Source of the DNA: an uncultured Hormoscilla sp.
GTDB taxonomy: Bacteria; Cyanobacteriota; Cyanobacteriia; Cyanobacteriales; Desertifilaceae
Direction: 5' to 3'
DNA: 64,000 nucleotides
NCBI GenBank assembly: GCA_963921275.4
Contig: OZ001293.3
Coordinates: 1,440,001 to 1,504,000, forward strand
Shown here: positions 11,600 to 22,761 of the stretch, piece after piece
How the letters are laid out: every line of letters starts with the position of its first letter
How positions within the stretch are numbered: the stretch's first letter is position 1
The notes under the pieces: generated by a model
Told to the model about the DNA's origin: nothing
The model's input: the letters and a program-made list of their open reading frames with translations, nothing else
Databases searched by the model: none
Made by a program: the position numbers and the translations under genes

Positions 11600-12497
11600 G
11601 TTGGGGTCGAGCTGGTACTCGCGTACTAACCCTCCCTTTCGGAACCTGAAGAGCGACTTTCACCGCACACGGCTACTGGTTGGTAAGCCCTTGTCACGAG
11701 TAGGATTACTAAGGGTTACCCCTATTGTCCCTTATTCCCTGAAATTTTGCCCCTTCATGGTCAGTCAATGGACTATTCTTTGTACCTAACTCCGGAAGGT
11801 TCGCGGGGGATAACTAGAAACCACTACAACCGCTCTTTACTAACATTTTACCGTATCTTGGGGCTCTACATTTTTACCCGGTTAGGATTTTAATCCATCA
11901 TCACTACCTAGGATTCCTCCTGATCTAGCACGTTCAGAGGGCTACTACCTCCGAGAACTTCTTACCATATCCGTCCTACGTCTGCATATCCTAAGCATTA
12001 CCCCAGGCATTTGCTTCTTAGGACATCCCTCCCCACGTGACCATTCGCTTCACATCTAACTTGTCCAAACTGGACAGAATCACGGGAGTTACTTCGTTCC
12101 CTGGTATCATTTCACGAGGCTTTTAGGTTTCTCCTATATACCGGCAGTTATTTCGAGTACGATATCAATGAAGCACAAACATTGACACGCTAACTGCTTC
12201 CCTTTTGGGCCAGCGTTACAGCCCTTTTCGCTGGTTTGTATTCACGATACTTACAGAGATTCGCTTGTTCTAACCATGAGCCTCTTTCCTAGCGGAGTCG
12301 CTCCTTTGGGCTAGGTGCTATCCTTCATTTAAGTCCTCGCTTGGCACCACGGCGATGTGGCTCCGCAGCACCTCCGACCGGTGTCACCCCCGTACCTGGG
12401 GGAGGGGAATTTAACCCCCATGATTACCAGAGTTATCTGGCAAATGAAACCAGATCAGACTTTCACCATTACTGGTTTACGTCAGAACGAATCGCAC
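11600..12497 (-). mobile_element. ORF-less group II intron (IIB-like), copy 1
   Basis: 5' GUGCG; D1 closing stem UUCGUUC/GAACGAA; D5-like AGCCGUGUGCGGUGAAAGUCGCUCUUCAGGUU; D6 with bulged A 8 nt from the 3' AC; no RT ORF; boundaries +/-1. Confidence 0.85.
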
Positions 12498-13057
12498 CGT
12501 GATCTCTACAATATTAGCAACGCCGGAAGCAAGAGTCGTTTTATTTAATCATTATTTTACTTTTTAGCACTGGCGAGGGTTCCGACAGCGCGTAGCGCAT
12601 TTCGTATCGGACTATATATTAACTTAGTGGAAGTATATTGTTAACTTTTTTGAAGCAATTGTACTCAAATCAAGACGGTGTAAGGATTTCAGATTGTTAA
12701 GAAATATGTGAGTAAAGCATAGCTTTGAAAGGGGGGCTATTCTTTCGTCCCCTTTCAAAGGGGGATTTAGGGGGATTTTTCTGTACCTCACTAGGATGAA
12801 AACCGCTATATAGGTCAGAGATAATGTCCGCACCCGATCTGCCTGAGAGCAACAGGGTGGCCCGCCAAGAAACTTATGGACTACCGGTAGTGGCACATAG
12901 CAAGGACTAAAGTCCTTACTACAAACCGTCGCCAATGTTTAAGTTTTGTTAATTTTTCTTTTATTCACCCCGAAAGTAGGAGAAACTGTAAATATGGATA
13001 CAGAACAAAGTTATGAGAGGGTGAAATGGACCGCTATTGGACAAGAGGTGATTCATC

Positions 13058-13471
13058 ATGAAATTGTCTTATCGTGGTATCTACTACCAAGATGAGCCGA
13101 TCGCAAGGGAGATGAGCGAGGAGGTTCCTGGTGAGTACCGGGGTCAAGATTGCCAATTATGGCGCTATCCCAGGCACGTGCCGGTACAAAAAAAGCAAGG
13201 GCCGATCGATCTGAAATGTCGCGGTATTGCTTATAGCACCCACCAAACGGCGGAACCTGAGTTTGCCGCTCTCAATGTTAAACCGGTAGTGAGTGAAAGA
13301 GATACTCTCATGTCAACAGCAAAATCCCGTCACAGCGTCAAGCAAGAAGTCGCCAAAGTGCATCGCGCCAATATTCTCGAAAATCTGGAACATCGGTTAC
13401 AGGTTGCCAGATCCAGAGGGGACCAAGAGTTGGTCCGTCAGCTGGAGAAGGAAAAAGAACAAATTTCTTAA
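13058..13471 (+). CDS. DUF4278-domain protein
   Basis: MKLSYRGIYY, repeated YRG motifs, C-terminal LEHRLQVARSRGDQELVRQLEKE. Confidence 0.8.
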   Translation: MKLSYRGIYYQDEPIAREMSEEVPGEYRGQDCQLWRYPRHVPVQKKQGPIDLKCRGIAYSTHQTAEPEFAALNVKPVVSERDTLMSTAKSRHSVKQEVAKVHRANILENLEHRLQVARSRGDQELVRQLEKEKEQIS

Positions 13472-13789
13472 CCCATCCAGGGTGAACTATTTGACTGGTT
13501 CCCAGCCTCAGACTGGAAACGACGGTGGGAGCATCTCAATGCAAGAATTAAGAAACCCGGTTTTTCCTATACGCAGTGCCGCACGTTGCGCGTAAGGCAC
13601 GTTGCGCAGGCGCTAAAAACCGGGTTTCTGGGTCGGGCGCAGCCGGGTCGGGCGCAGCCGGGGCACTGGTGAATTGGTTGTTTTCTCTGGTGCGGGTTCC
13701 GACGGCAGCGGTGGATCTGCCCCTTCTTCAGACTACAAACGGTCCTTACTACAAACGGCAAGGACTAAAGTCCTTACTACAAACGGCAG

Positions 13790-14250
13790 CGAGTTTGTCT
13801 TGGATGGGACTGACTGCAACCAGGTTCTAGAACAGGTGCTGAGCAATTTACTAGGGGCGATCGCCTCTAGTAATGCTATAATCACCTATGAAAATCTGCC
13901 CACAGTCATGGCCAATGAATGGCAACTAGCACAGCTATTCCCAAACCTAATTGCCAATGGGATTAAATATAGCCGCCCCGAATCAGCGCGAAGGAGTGAA
14001 TATTTCCGTAGAAATGAGAGACAAATTAAGTGAATGGCTGGCATTCATGATAATGGCATTGGCATAGAATCAGAACATTTTGAAAGCATCTTTGATATTT
14101 TCCAACCTCTGCACAATGCCGAGGAATATTCAGGCACTGGGATTGGTTTAGCCATCTGTAAGAAGATTGTTGAGGCTCACCAGCATCTGGGTATAATCTG
14201 AGTTGGGTGTCTGCACTAGCTTTTACTTTACTATTCCTGAGTCATGTTTG
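13790..14250 (+). pseudogene. Sensor histidine kinase C-terminal (HATPase) remnant
   Basis: [46 protein letters not shown]. Confidence 0.75.
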
Positions 14251-14316
14251 TAGACAGTTTACTTGACTATTAGATCGTAAAAAATCTGCTATTTTCCAGT
14301 TATAACGGAGTATAAA

Positions 14317-14954
14317 ATGCTAGTAGAAGTCAAACAAGTAACCGTACCGCCAGGACAGCGAGTGCTGCTCAAAGATATCAGCTGGCAAGAGTTTGAAGCA
14401 ATTTTAGAGGATTTAGGAGAACATCGCGGATCTAGAGTCGCTTATGATAACGGCACCTTGGAAATCATGACACCATTACCTGAACACGAAAGCGGAAAAT
14501 AAATTATTGGCGACTTAGTAAAAGCCCTTTTGGAAGAACTAGACATTGAATTTTGGTGTCTAGGTTCTACAACTTTCAAAAATCAATTGATGCAGCAAGG
14601 TATAGAACCGGACAACTGTTTTTACATTTAAAATGAGGCAGCAGTACGCGGCAAGGATCGCTTAGACTTGACAAAAGACCCCCCACCAGATTTGGCTTTA
14701 GAAATTGACGTGACTTCTCGTACCCATCCCAGTATATACGAGAAATTGGGAGTCTCAGAACTTTGGCGCTTCGAGAAAGGGAAGTTGAAAATTAATGTGC
14801 TGCAAAAAGGTCAGTATGTAGAATCAGATATTAGCCCTCATTTCTGAATTTGCCAGTAAAATAGGTGATACCGCAATACCTCAATCAGTGTAAGATTCAG
14901 GGAAGGAATAAGACGATGAAAGCTTTTCGCGCTTGGGTGAGAGCACAAATTTAA
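14317..14954 (+). pseudogene. Uma2 family endonuclease pseudogene
   Basis: ISWQEFEAIL...LEIMTPLPEHE, EPDNCFY, PPDLALEID; several in-frame stops. Confidence 0.85.
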
Positions 14955-15005
14955 GCGCGGGTTTACAGGGGTTTAGGAAGGCGATAAAAACCGCACCAAG
15001 TCCCT

Positions 15006-15515
15006 TTAATTGCTCTCAGGTAAATCTGACGGAAGATAAGACAAACTTGCCCCTTTGCCCACCTTGAGGACCATCCGATCCGGTGTGAATAACTCGTAGT
15101 ATGGTAAATCGGAATCATCCTGTTCATTTGGGAAAAGCTTTAATTGACAACCATTGCTGAATTCTACAGTCAAACCTAGTTCTGTGCTGATTTCAAAAGC
15201 AGTTATCCTAGTTCCCTCTATCACATGAATTTCGTCTCGCATTTCTGGTAAAGACTGGGAACTGAAAATCATTTCTCCCTTGCACTCTAGCTGCCATTCT
15301 GTTATCATAGTTCCTAATATCCAGGATCCTTTCTCTTTACCCACCATAGATTTTTGCGAGTAAGGAATTCTGGCTCCAGCATGAAGCACTAGCTCATCTC
15401 CATAACTCATTCTTGCTCTCCAGCAAGTTTCCCCCACAATCAATTGTGTTATCTCTTTCACTCCCTCTAAATCATTAAATCTTGTTCTTCTCTGGACTTT
15501 AACTGGTATACTCAT
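15006..15515 (-). CDS. Hypothetical protein (immunity-protein-like)
   Basis: 169-aa ORF whose start overlaps the end of an upstream small broken ORF. Confidence 0.6.
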   Translation of the reverse strand: MSIPVKVQRRTRFNDLEGVKEITQLIVGETCWRARMSYGDELVLHAGARIPYSQKSMVGKEKGSWILGTMITEWQLECKGEMIFSSQSLPEMRDEIHVIEGTRITAFEISTELGLTVEFSNGCQLKLFPNEQDDSDLPYYELFTPDRMVLKVGKGASLSYLPSDLPESN

Positions 15516-15711
15516 TACTTGCCAATCCTAAAAAAATCCTTGCCTTTTGTCGTAGTTCTTGGTATGTAAAGTCCCCCCGTTCATTCTTGGTTCCTCTATT
15601 CCCAGTAGCTTTCTCATCCTCCAAGAACTCTCCAAATTCTCTTCTTTCTTCTGATCTCATGTCAAATTCTTTAGCAATGTTATTAACTTGCTTGATATCT
15701 TCCTTACTAAC
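15498..15711 (-). pseudogene. Small frameshifted ORF resembling a polymorphic-toxin C-terminal domain
   Basis: GAGGAGG RBS, then KEDIKQVNNIAKEFDMRSEERREFGEFLEDEKATGNRGTKNERG / FTYQELRQKAR with a frameshift in a G-run near 15574-15578. Confidence 0.4.
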
Positions 15712-15761
15712 TGTCCTGCCTCCTCAATACTTCAATACCATTATTATCATACCAGAGCAGC

Positions 15762-15866
15762 ACTGTCGCAACCGGCAATCGCTGTGCCGCAGCCAGCAAC
15801 CATTGTGTCGCAACCGGCAATCGCTGTGCCGCAGCCAGCAACCATTGTGTCGCAACCGGCAACCGC
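15762..15866. repeat. 21/42-nt tandem repeat
   Basis: TGTCGCAACCGGCAATCGCTGTGCCGCAGCCAGCAACCATTG, about 2.5 copies. Confidence 0.85.
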
Positions 15867-16008
15867 TGGGCCGCATTGAGCAAAGCTAGAGTACCAGGGA
15901 GCATCGATGACGCAAGCAAATATATCTGTAGGGGCGGGCGAAGCACTCTGGCAGTATATCTAGGAATAACATGATAAGCGGTTTGACAGAATGCTAGCGA
16001 GGTTGGAA

Positions 16009-16082
16009 CCTCTCGGTTGACGTTTTAAACCTCTCGGTTGACGTTTAAGCCTCTCGGTTGACGTTTTAAGCCTCCCGGTTGG
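16009..16082. repeat. 20-21-nt tandem repeat, 4 copies
   Basis: CCTCTCGGTTGACGTTTTAA units. Confidence 0.85.
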
Positions 16083-16241
16083 CCCCCAGGGCTGTTGCAT
16101 TCTTCCCGGCCACCCACGCGAGGATGGTTTCATTAGTTTAGTTTCCGCAGAATTTTGCCCAAATCCTGGGTCAGTTGATCGAGATATGAGTTACAATAAG
16201 CGATCGCAAGCCCAATCCTGGTATTATAGTTGGAGGTGTGA

Positions 16242-16541
16242 TTGTCAAAGTTTATATTGAAGGTTCTCTGGCTGGACTCGAACGTCGCCATTGCTGTAGA
16301 TCAAGTGGTGGGCAAGGGGCTTAGCCCTTTGACAAAGTACTTTTTCTGGCCCCGGAACGATGCCTGGGAAGAGCTGAAAAATGAGCTGGAGGCCAAAAAC
16401 TGGATCGCCGAGACCGATCGCATTGCCTTGCTCAATCAAGCCACAGAAGTGATTAACTACTGGCAAGAAGAAGGTAGAAAGTGTCCCATGTCTGAAGCGA
16501 TGGGTAAATTTCCAGAGGTTGCTTTTACTGGTAGCAGTTAG
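16242..16541 (+). CDS. ycf65: 30S ribosomal protein PSRP-3 / Ycf65
   Basis: [18 protein letters not shown]...[18 protein letters not shown]. Confidence 0.92.
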   Translation: MSKFILKVLWLDSNVAIAVDQVVGKGLSPLTKYFFWPRNDAWEELKNELEAKNWIAETDRIALLNQATEVINYWQEEGRKCPMSEAMGKFPEVAFTGSS

Positions 16542-16644
16542 ACTTTAAGCCTACTTCCCCCGATCGCAAGACTCCTCCGACAAGCTGTGGAGGAGTCTAA
16601 GTTTCTGTATGTACTGACCAGCGCCCGTCATGCATAACGCAGGC

Positions 16645-17061
16645 TTAGATTTGCACCATGCCACCAGCAGCTTGGTAACGAGCCCGGGCCCGCTTCAGGG
16701 CCTGAGTCGCCTGAATTTTATCTTGACGGTCTTCGCCAGCGTCAGCCGCCCTCAGGCGCTCTTCCGCTTCCGAGTAAGCAATGCGAGCCTCTTCTTTATC
16801 TATGCTATCGCCTCCCTCGGCTCCATTCACCAAAATGGTCACCTCATTGTTGTCCACTTCCGCAAACCCACCCATGAGGGCGATCGGCACCCATTCCTTT
16901 TCTGGGCGCACTTGCATCACACCAGTATCGAGAGCCGTTAACAGGGGAGCATGATTAGAGAGGATCCCCAGTTGACCAGTGATACTAGGTAAAATTACTT
17001 CCTGAGCTGTCGAATCCCAGACCGTTTTGTCTGGAGCTATTACCCGAACGGTTAAAGTCAT
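16645..17061 (-). CDS. atpC: ATP synthase F1 epsilon subunit
   Basis: [16 protein letters not shown]...[13 protein letters not shown]; lies downstream of the beta subunit. Confidence 0.97.
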   Translation of the reverse strand: MTLTVRVIAPDKTVWDSTAQEVILPSITGQLGILSNHAPLLTALDTGVMQVRPEKEWVPIALMGGFAEVDNNEVTILVNGAEGGDSIDKEEARIAYSEAEERLRAADAGEDRQDKIQATQALKRARARYQAAGGMVQI

Positions 17062-17106
17062 TCGTCCTTTGTCCTTTGTTAATAATCCCATCCTTCGATC
17101 CCATCG

Positions 17107-17261
17107 TTCGTAGTAAGCACTTTAGTCCTTACGCGAGGGAAGCACTAAAGTGCTTACTACAAACCCAAGGGAAGCACTTTAGTGCTTACTACAAACCCAA
17201 AGGAAGCACTAAAGTGCTTACTACAAACCCGAGGGAAGCACTTTAGTGCTTACTACAAACC
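17107..17261. repeat. Tandem array of 32-nt palindromic REP-like units between atpD and atpC
   Basis: GGAAGCACT(AA/TT)AGTGCTTACTACAAACCC x4 plus one inverted partial copy. Confidence 0.9.
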
Positions 17262-17262
17262 A

Positions 17263-18729
<1,467 letters not shown>

Positions 18730-18980
18730 TCAGTTATTAGGTGACTGGCGGACAGTCTTAATTTATGCTTAAATTGCCATCTTTCAGATTATCACCGAAA
18801 AGGATCGACTCAGACTTTTTTCCTCTCAATGTCACCTGTCCCTGGGCCGTTGGCCGTTCGATCCTGGTGTGTTTAGGGTTTGAGTGGTGGGCGGTGCTTT
18901 AGAGTTTGAGTGGTGGGCGGTGCCTGGTGGGCAGTGCCCTACAGGTATAATCGCGGTAAATGCAGCTGCCTACCATCTGA

Positions 18981-20321
18981 TTGAGCATGAGAGTAGTCTC
19001 ACGTACTTCAAACAATCTGCGTCAACCGCCCCCCCTATTTACCAAGCCCTCCTGGATGTTCTGGAGTTCCTTGTTGATCTTGACTACCCTATTATCGGCA
19101 TCGATGGGAGCATTTGTAGCATTGCTTGTTCCCGACAGCCTGACCAGTATTCCTCGGACGGTGTCGGGCCGATCACTCGGACATCTGTGGCGTCACGGCT
19201 TTCAATACCGATTAACCCGACCCGTGCATATCTTAATTATGGGCATCGATCGGGTGCCTGGGACAAGAGAAAATTCTCCGGAGAGCTTTTCTGGCCGCAG
19301 CGACACCCTGCTGGTGCTGCGAGTCGATCCTAACGATAATTCTCTGAGCATGCTTTCTCTGCCCCGAGACACCCAGGTGTACGTCCCGGCCCTGGGTTGG
19401 CAGAAGCTTTCTCATGTTAATCCTTTAGGTGGTCCAGATTTAACTGTCAAGGCAGTCAGTAACACTCTTAACGACCTGCCCATTGACCGCTATATCCGAG
19501 TTAGCACCGGTGCCTTTCGGGAGTTGGTGGATCTGGTGGATGGGGTGGAGGTGTTTGTCGATCGCCCGATGTATTATGTGGACTACACCCAGGGGTTAAA
19601 AATCGATCTGCTACCCGGATGGCAAACCCTGAATGGCAAGCAGGCGTCCGATTTTGCCCGCTTCCGCGCCGATGAGTTAGGGGATATCGGCAGGGTGCAG
19701 CGCCAGCAAGCTGTCATCAAAGCTTTGCGCCAGCGTCTGAACAGTCCTTCTGTGTTGCCCCGTTTGCCCCAAGTGATTCGGGTCGTGCACAAGCATATCG
19801 ATACTAATATTAGTTCCCAAGAAATACGAGCGCTAGTGAGTCTCGCTTTGCAAATCGAACCAGAGCATTTTAAGCAGGTAATGCTGCCCGGTCGTTATAG
19901 TTATCCCGGAGAGTTCCCTACTAGCTACTGGGTGCTCGACCCCAGAGGGCGCGATCGGGTGTTGCGGGAATATTTCCACATGTACTGGATGGGCAATGCT
20001 TGGAGTGACTATTCCGGTACTAGCGTCTCCACCGGGCGATCGCCTAAATCTCTGAGGATTGCGATTCAAAACGCTACAGGCCAACCCAACATAGCCCGTC
20101 AACTAGCCCAGGAGCTGCAAAAACAGGGTTTTTATAATTTGTACTTAGTTTCCGATTGGTCAGTGGAGGTACTTTATACCCAGATTATCGTGCAAAAAGG
20201 TGACCTAGTAGGAGCAAAATACCTGAAAAGAGTTTTAGACAAGGGTAAAATTGAAGCCAGTTCAACAGGACATGTCTACTCAGACTTAACAATTAGGATC
20301 GGTAAAGACTGGCTCAAATAA
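18981..20321 (+). CDS. LCP (LytR-CpsA-Psr) family protein with LytR C-terminal domain
   Basis: GRSDTLL, SLPRDT, ARFR..DIGRVQRQQ, IQNATG...DLTIRIGKD. Confidence 0.92.
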   Translation: MSMRVVSRTSNNLRQPPPLFTKPSWMFWSSLLILTTLLSASMGAFVALLVPDSLTSIPRTVSGRSLGHLWRHGFQYRLTRPVHILIMGIDRVPGTRENSPESFSGRSDTLLVLRVDPNDNSLSMLSLPRDTQVYVPALGWQKLSHVNPLGGPDLTVKAVSNTLNDLPIDRYIRVSTGAFRELVDLVDGVEVFVDRPMYYVDYTQGLKIDLLPGWQTLNGKQASDFARFRADELGDIGRVQRQQAVIKALRQRLNSPSVLPRLPQVIRVVHKHIDTNISSQEIRALVSLALQIEPEHFKQVMLPGRYSYPGEFPTSYWVLDPRGRDRVLREYFHMYWMGNAWSDYSGTSVSTGRSPKSLRIAIQNATGQPNIARQLAQELQKQGFYNLYLVSDWSVEVLYTQIIVQKGDLVGAKYLKRVLDKGKIEASSTGHVYSDLTIRIGKDWLK

Positions 20322-20405
20322 TACTATTTTCTCGTTATCTCATCTACAAAGAGCGGCGAATCTCATCGGCTCGGTCCTCTGTGCAGCCGTATAGGTCATA
20401 AAATC

Positions 20406-22551
20406 TAGTGGTATGTCAAGTAAATAATGACGGATAAGGGAAGAGAACAAAGAGTGAGAAACTATGCCAGCCAAACGATATATAGTTTCCCTAATAGAAG
20501 AAGAACGCCAAAGTCTAGAAAAGCTAACTACAACAGGAAAAGCTGCGGCGAGGAAAATTAATCAGGTCGGGGTCGAGCTGTCCCTCGCGGGACAATCCTC
20601 CCATTCGGAACCTGAAGAGCGACTTTCACCGCACACGGCTACTGGTTGGTAAACCCTTGTCACGGGTAGGATTACTAGGGATTACTCCCGTTGTCCCTTG
20701 CCCTATGAAATATAGCCCCTTTATGGTCAGTCATGAACTAGTTGAGTACCTAACTCCGGAAGGTTTACGGGGGAGAACTAGAAAACCACTATGACCGTTC
20801 TTTACTAACAGGTGCCCGTATGGGGCCTCTAAATTTTTTACCCGGTTAGGATTTCAGTCCATCATTACTACCTAGTGTTGCCACTGGTTAAGCACGTTTA
20901 GAGGGCTACTATCTCCTAGAGCTTTTTACCATATCCGTCCTACGTCTGCATATCCACAGGCATTACCCCGGGCATTAGCTTCTTAGGACCTCCCTCCCCA
21001 CGCGGGCATGCGCTAGGCGCTGCGCGCACACTACGCGGACGCACATCTGACTTGTCCATCTGGACAGCACCGCTCTTGTCCGGAACGTTCCCTGGTATCA
21101 TTTCACGAGGCTTTTAGGTCTCCCCTATACACCGGCAGTCATTTCGGGTACGATATCAGTGACGTGCAACCACTGATACGCGGACTGCGTGCGCATTTTG
21201 CACCAAGCGTGTCAGCCTCTTTTCGCTTGTTTAAGATGACGATGCTTACAGGGATTCGCTTGCTCTAACCATGAGCCTCTTTCCGATCGCGCAGCGTGGC
21301 GCAGCCATGCGGCGTCGGTCTCTGGGCTGAGACCTTATCCTACATTTGTCCTCGGGAGGCACCACGGTAATGTTACTCCGCAGCACCTCACGCGGTCACC
21401 CCCGTACCTGGGGGAAGGGGAATTGAACCCCCATGATGACCAGAGTTGCTGGTATTAACCAGCCCGGCGATCGCCATATTTCAGACTTACGCCAAAACGA
21501 TTCGCACTGCTCGCATCTTACTTAAAGCCGATATTAATCAAACCGATGGAGGGTGGACAGATAGTGAAATTAGCCAAGCTTTGAACATTAGTACCAGAAC
21601 CATTGAAAGAGTTCGACAAAGGTTTGTAGAAGAGGGTTTAGAAAAAGCAATAACCCCCCGTCCCCACCCCTCATCTCAGTTACGGCGTATCGATGGAGAA
21701 GTCGAAGCTCATTTAATTGCATTAGCTTGCAGCCAAGCACCGACTGGGTATAGTCGTTGGACTTTATGACTCCTCGCTGATCAAATGGTAGCTTTAGGAT
21801 ATGTAGAAAGCCTTTCCCATGAAACGGTACGACAGGTATTAAAAAAAAACGAAATTAAACCTTGGTTTCAGGAATGTTGGATAATTACACCTCAAGAAAG
21901 TGCTGAATTTGTCTGTCAGATGGAAGAAGTTTTAGACCTGTACACCCGTGCTTATGATTCAGATTACCCTTTGGTTTGTTTTGATGAATGTTCCAAACAG
22001 TTAATTTCAGAAACGAGAACCCCCATTCCAGCAGAACCTGGGAAACCGGAACGTTTTGACTACGAATATCAGCGAAAGGGAGTCTGTAATCTGTTCATGT
22101 TTTTTGAACCTTTAACCACGGCACGTAGAAGTAACTGACCAACGGACTTCTTACGACTATGCTCACCAGATGAAGTATTTGGTTGATGAATGTTTTCCTC
22201 AAGCGAGGAAGATTCTCGTCGTTCAAGATCATCTTAATACTCATGTGAAAGCTTCTCTATACAAAGCCTTTAGCCCATCGGTAGCTCGTAGAATTCTGGA
22301 TAAGTTAGAATTTCATTACACTCCTAAACATGGCAGTTGGTTGAATATGGCGGAAATCGAGTTAAGTGTCTTACGCCGACAGTGTTTAGACCGAAGGATT
22401 TCCGAGAAGGAGTTTTTAAAAGAAGAAATAGCGGCTTGGGAAAAGCGTAGAAATGAAACCGCTTCGGTTGTAGATTGGCAATTTACCACCGAAGCAGCTC
22501 GAATTAAATTGAAGCAATTATATCCGTCAATTCAATTTTGACAAATCACTA
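20406..22551 (+). mobile_element. IS630-family element; transposase split by an intron and by stops
   Basis: Imperfect inverted repeats TAGTGGTATGTCAA..TGACGGATA / TATCCGTCAA..TTGACAAATCACTA; CTAG at both ends; CFDE, QDHLNTH, TPKHGSWLNMAEIE; A-run frameshift site at 21841. Confidence 0.92.
20566..21507 (-). mobile_element. ORF-less group II intron (IIB-like), copy 2, antisense within the IS630 transposase
   Basis: 5' GUGCG at 21507; D5 identical to copy 1; D6 ending GAC; colinear with copy 1; splits ...ARKIN / ARILLKAD. Confidence 0.87.
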
Positions 22552-22581
22552 GTATACACCCTCACCGAGTGCGAGTGGTGG

Positions 22582-22620
22582 GGATAAATGGGCTATTCCT
22601 GGAAGGAATAGCCTTTATCC
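22582..22620 (+). terminator. Rho-independent terminator-like hairpin
   Basis: GGCTATTCC-TGGAA-GGAATAGCC followed by TTT. Confidence 0.6.
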
Positions 22621-22761
22621 TTATTTGGGTGCAGACGCGGTGGGCCAGAAAAAAATAACCACGCTTCGATGCACTCGGGGCGCTTGATGTCCCCCGGACG
22701 CACGGCGAAACCCGGGGGACATCATACTCGCACTACCCCTCGCGCATCGACGATTGATTTT

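Larger units (their letters stand above)
9783..12722 (-). mobile_element. IS4-family (IS50/Tn5-like) insertion sequence with a decayed transposase
   Basis: 30-bp inverted repeats CTATGCCTTACTCACATATTTCTTAACAAT (1 mismatch); 9-bp target duplication CTTTGAAAG at 9774-9782 and 12723-12731. Confidence 0.9.
9722..12810. mobile_element. MITE-like palindromic element interrupted by the IS4 element
   Basis: Terminal inverted repeats TATAGCGTTTTTCA..TGAGGTACAG (9722) and CTGTACCTCA..TGAAAACCGCTATA (12810); internal CCCCCCTTTGAAAGGGGGG hairpin is the IS target. Confidence 0.7.
20350..22620 (+). ncRNA. Probable PsrR1(SyR1)-like sRNA interrupted by IS630
   Basis: CTCGGT (20370-75) pairs with ACCGAG (22564-69) once the IS is removed; a terminator hairpin follows; resemblance to PsrR1 is from memory only. 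Confidence 0.4.

Noticed and set aside
11583..11663. N-terminal extension of ORF 11241..11663
   Set aside because: Derived from intron D5/D6, not from the transposase
17107..17261. Possible CRISPR array between atpD and atpC
   Set aside because: Units are head-to-tail at a 32-nt period with no unique spacers, and no cas genes are in the window
21446..21507. N-terminus MLVLTSPAIAIFQTYAKTIRT of ORF 21446..21769
   Set aside because: This is antisense intron sequence read into the transposase; the real start is at 20464
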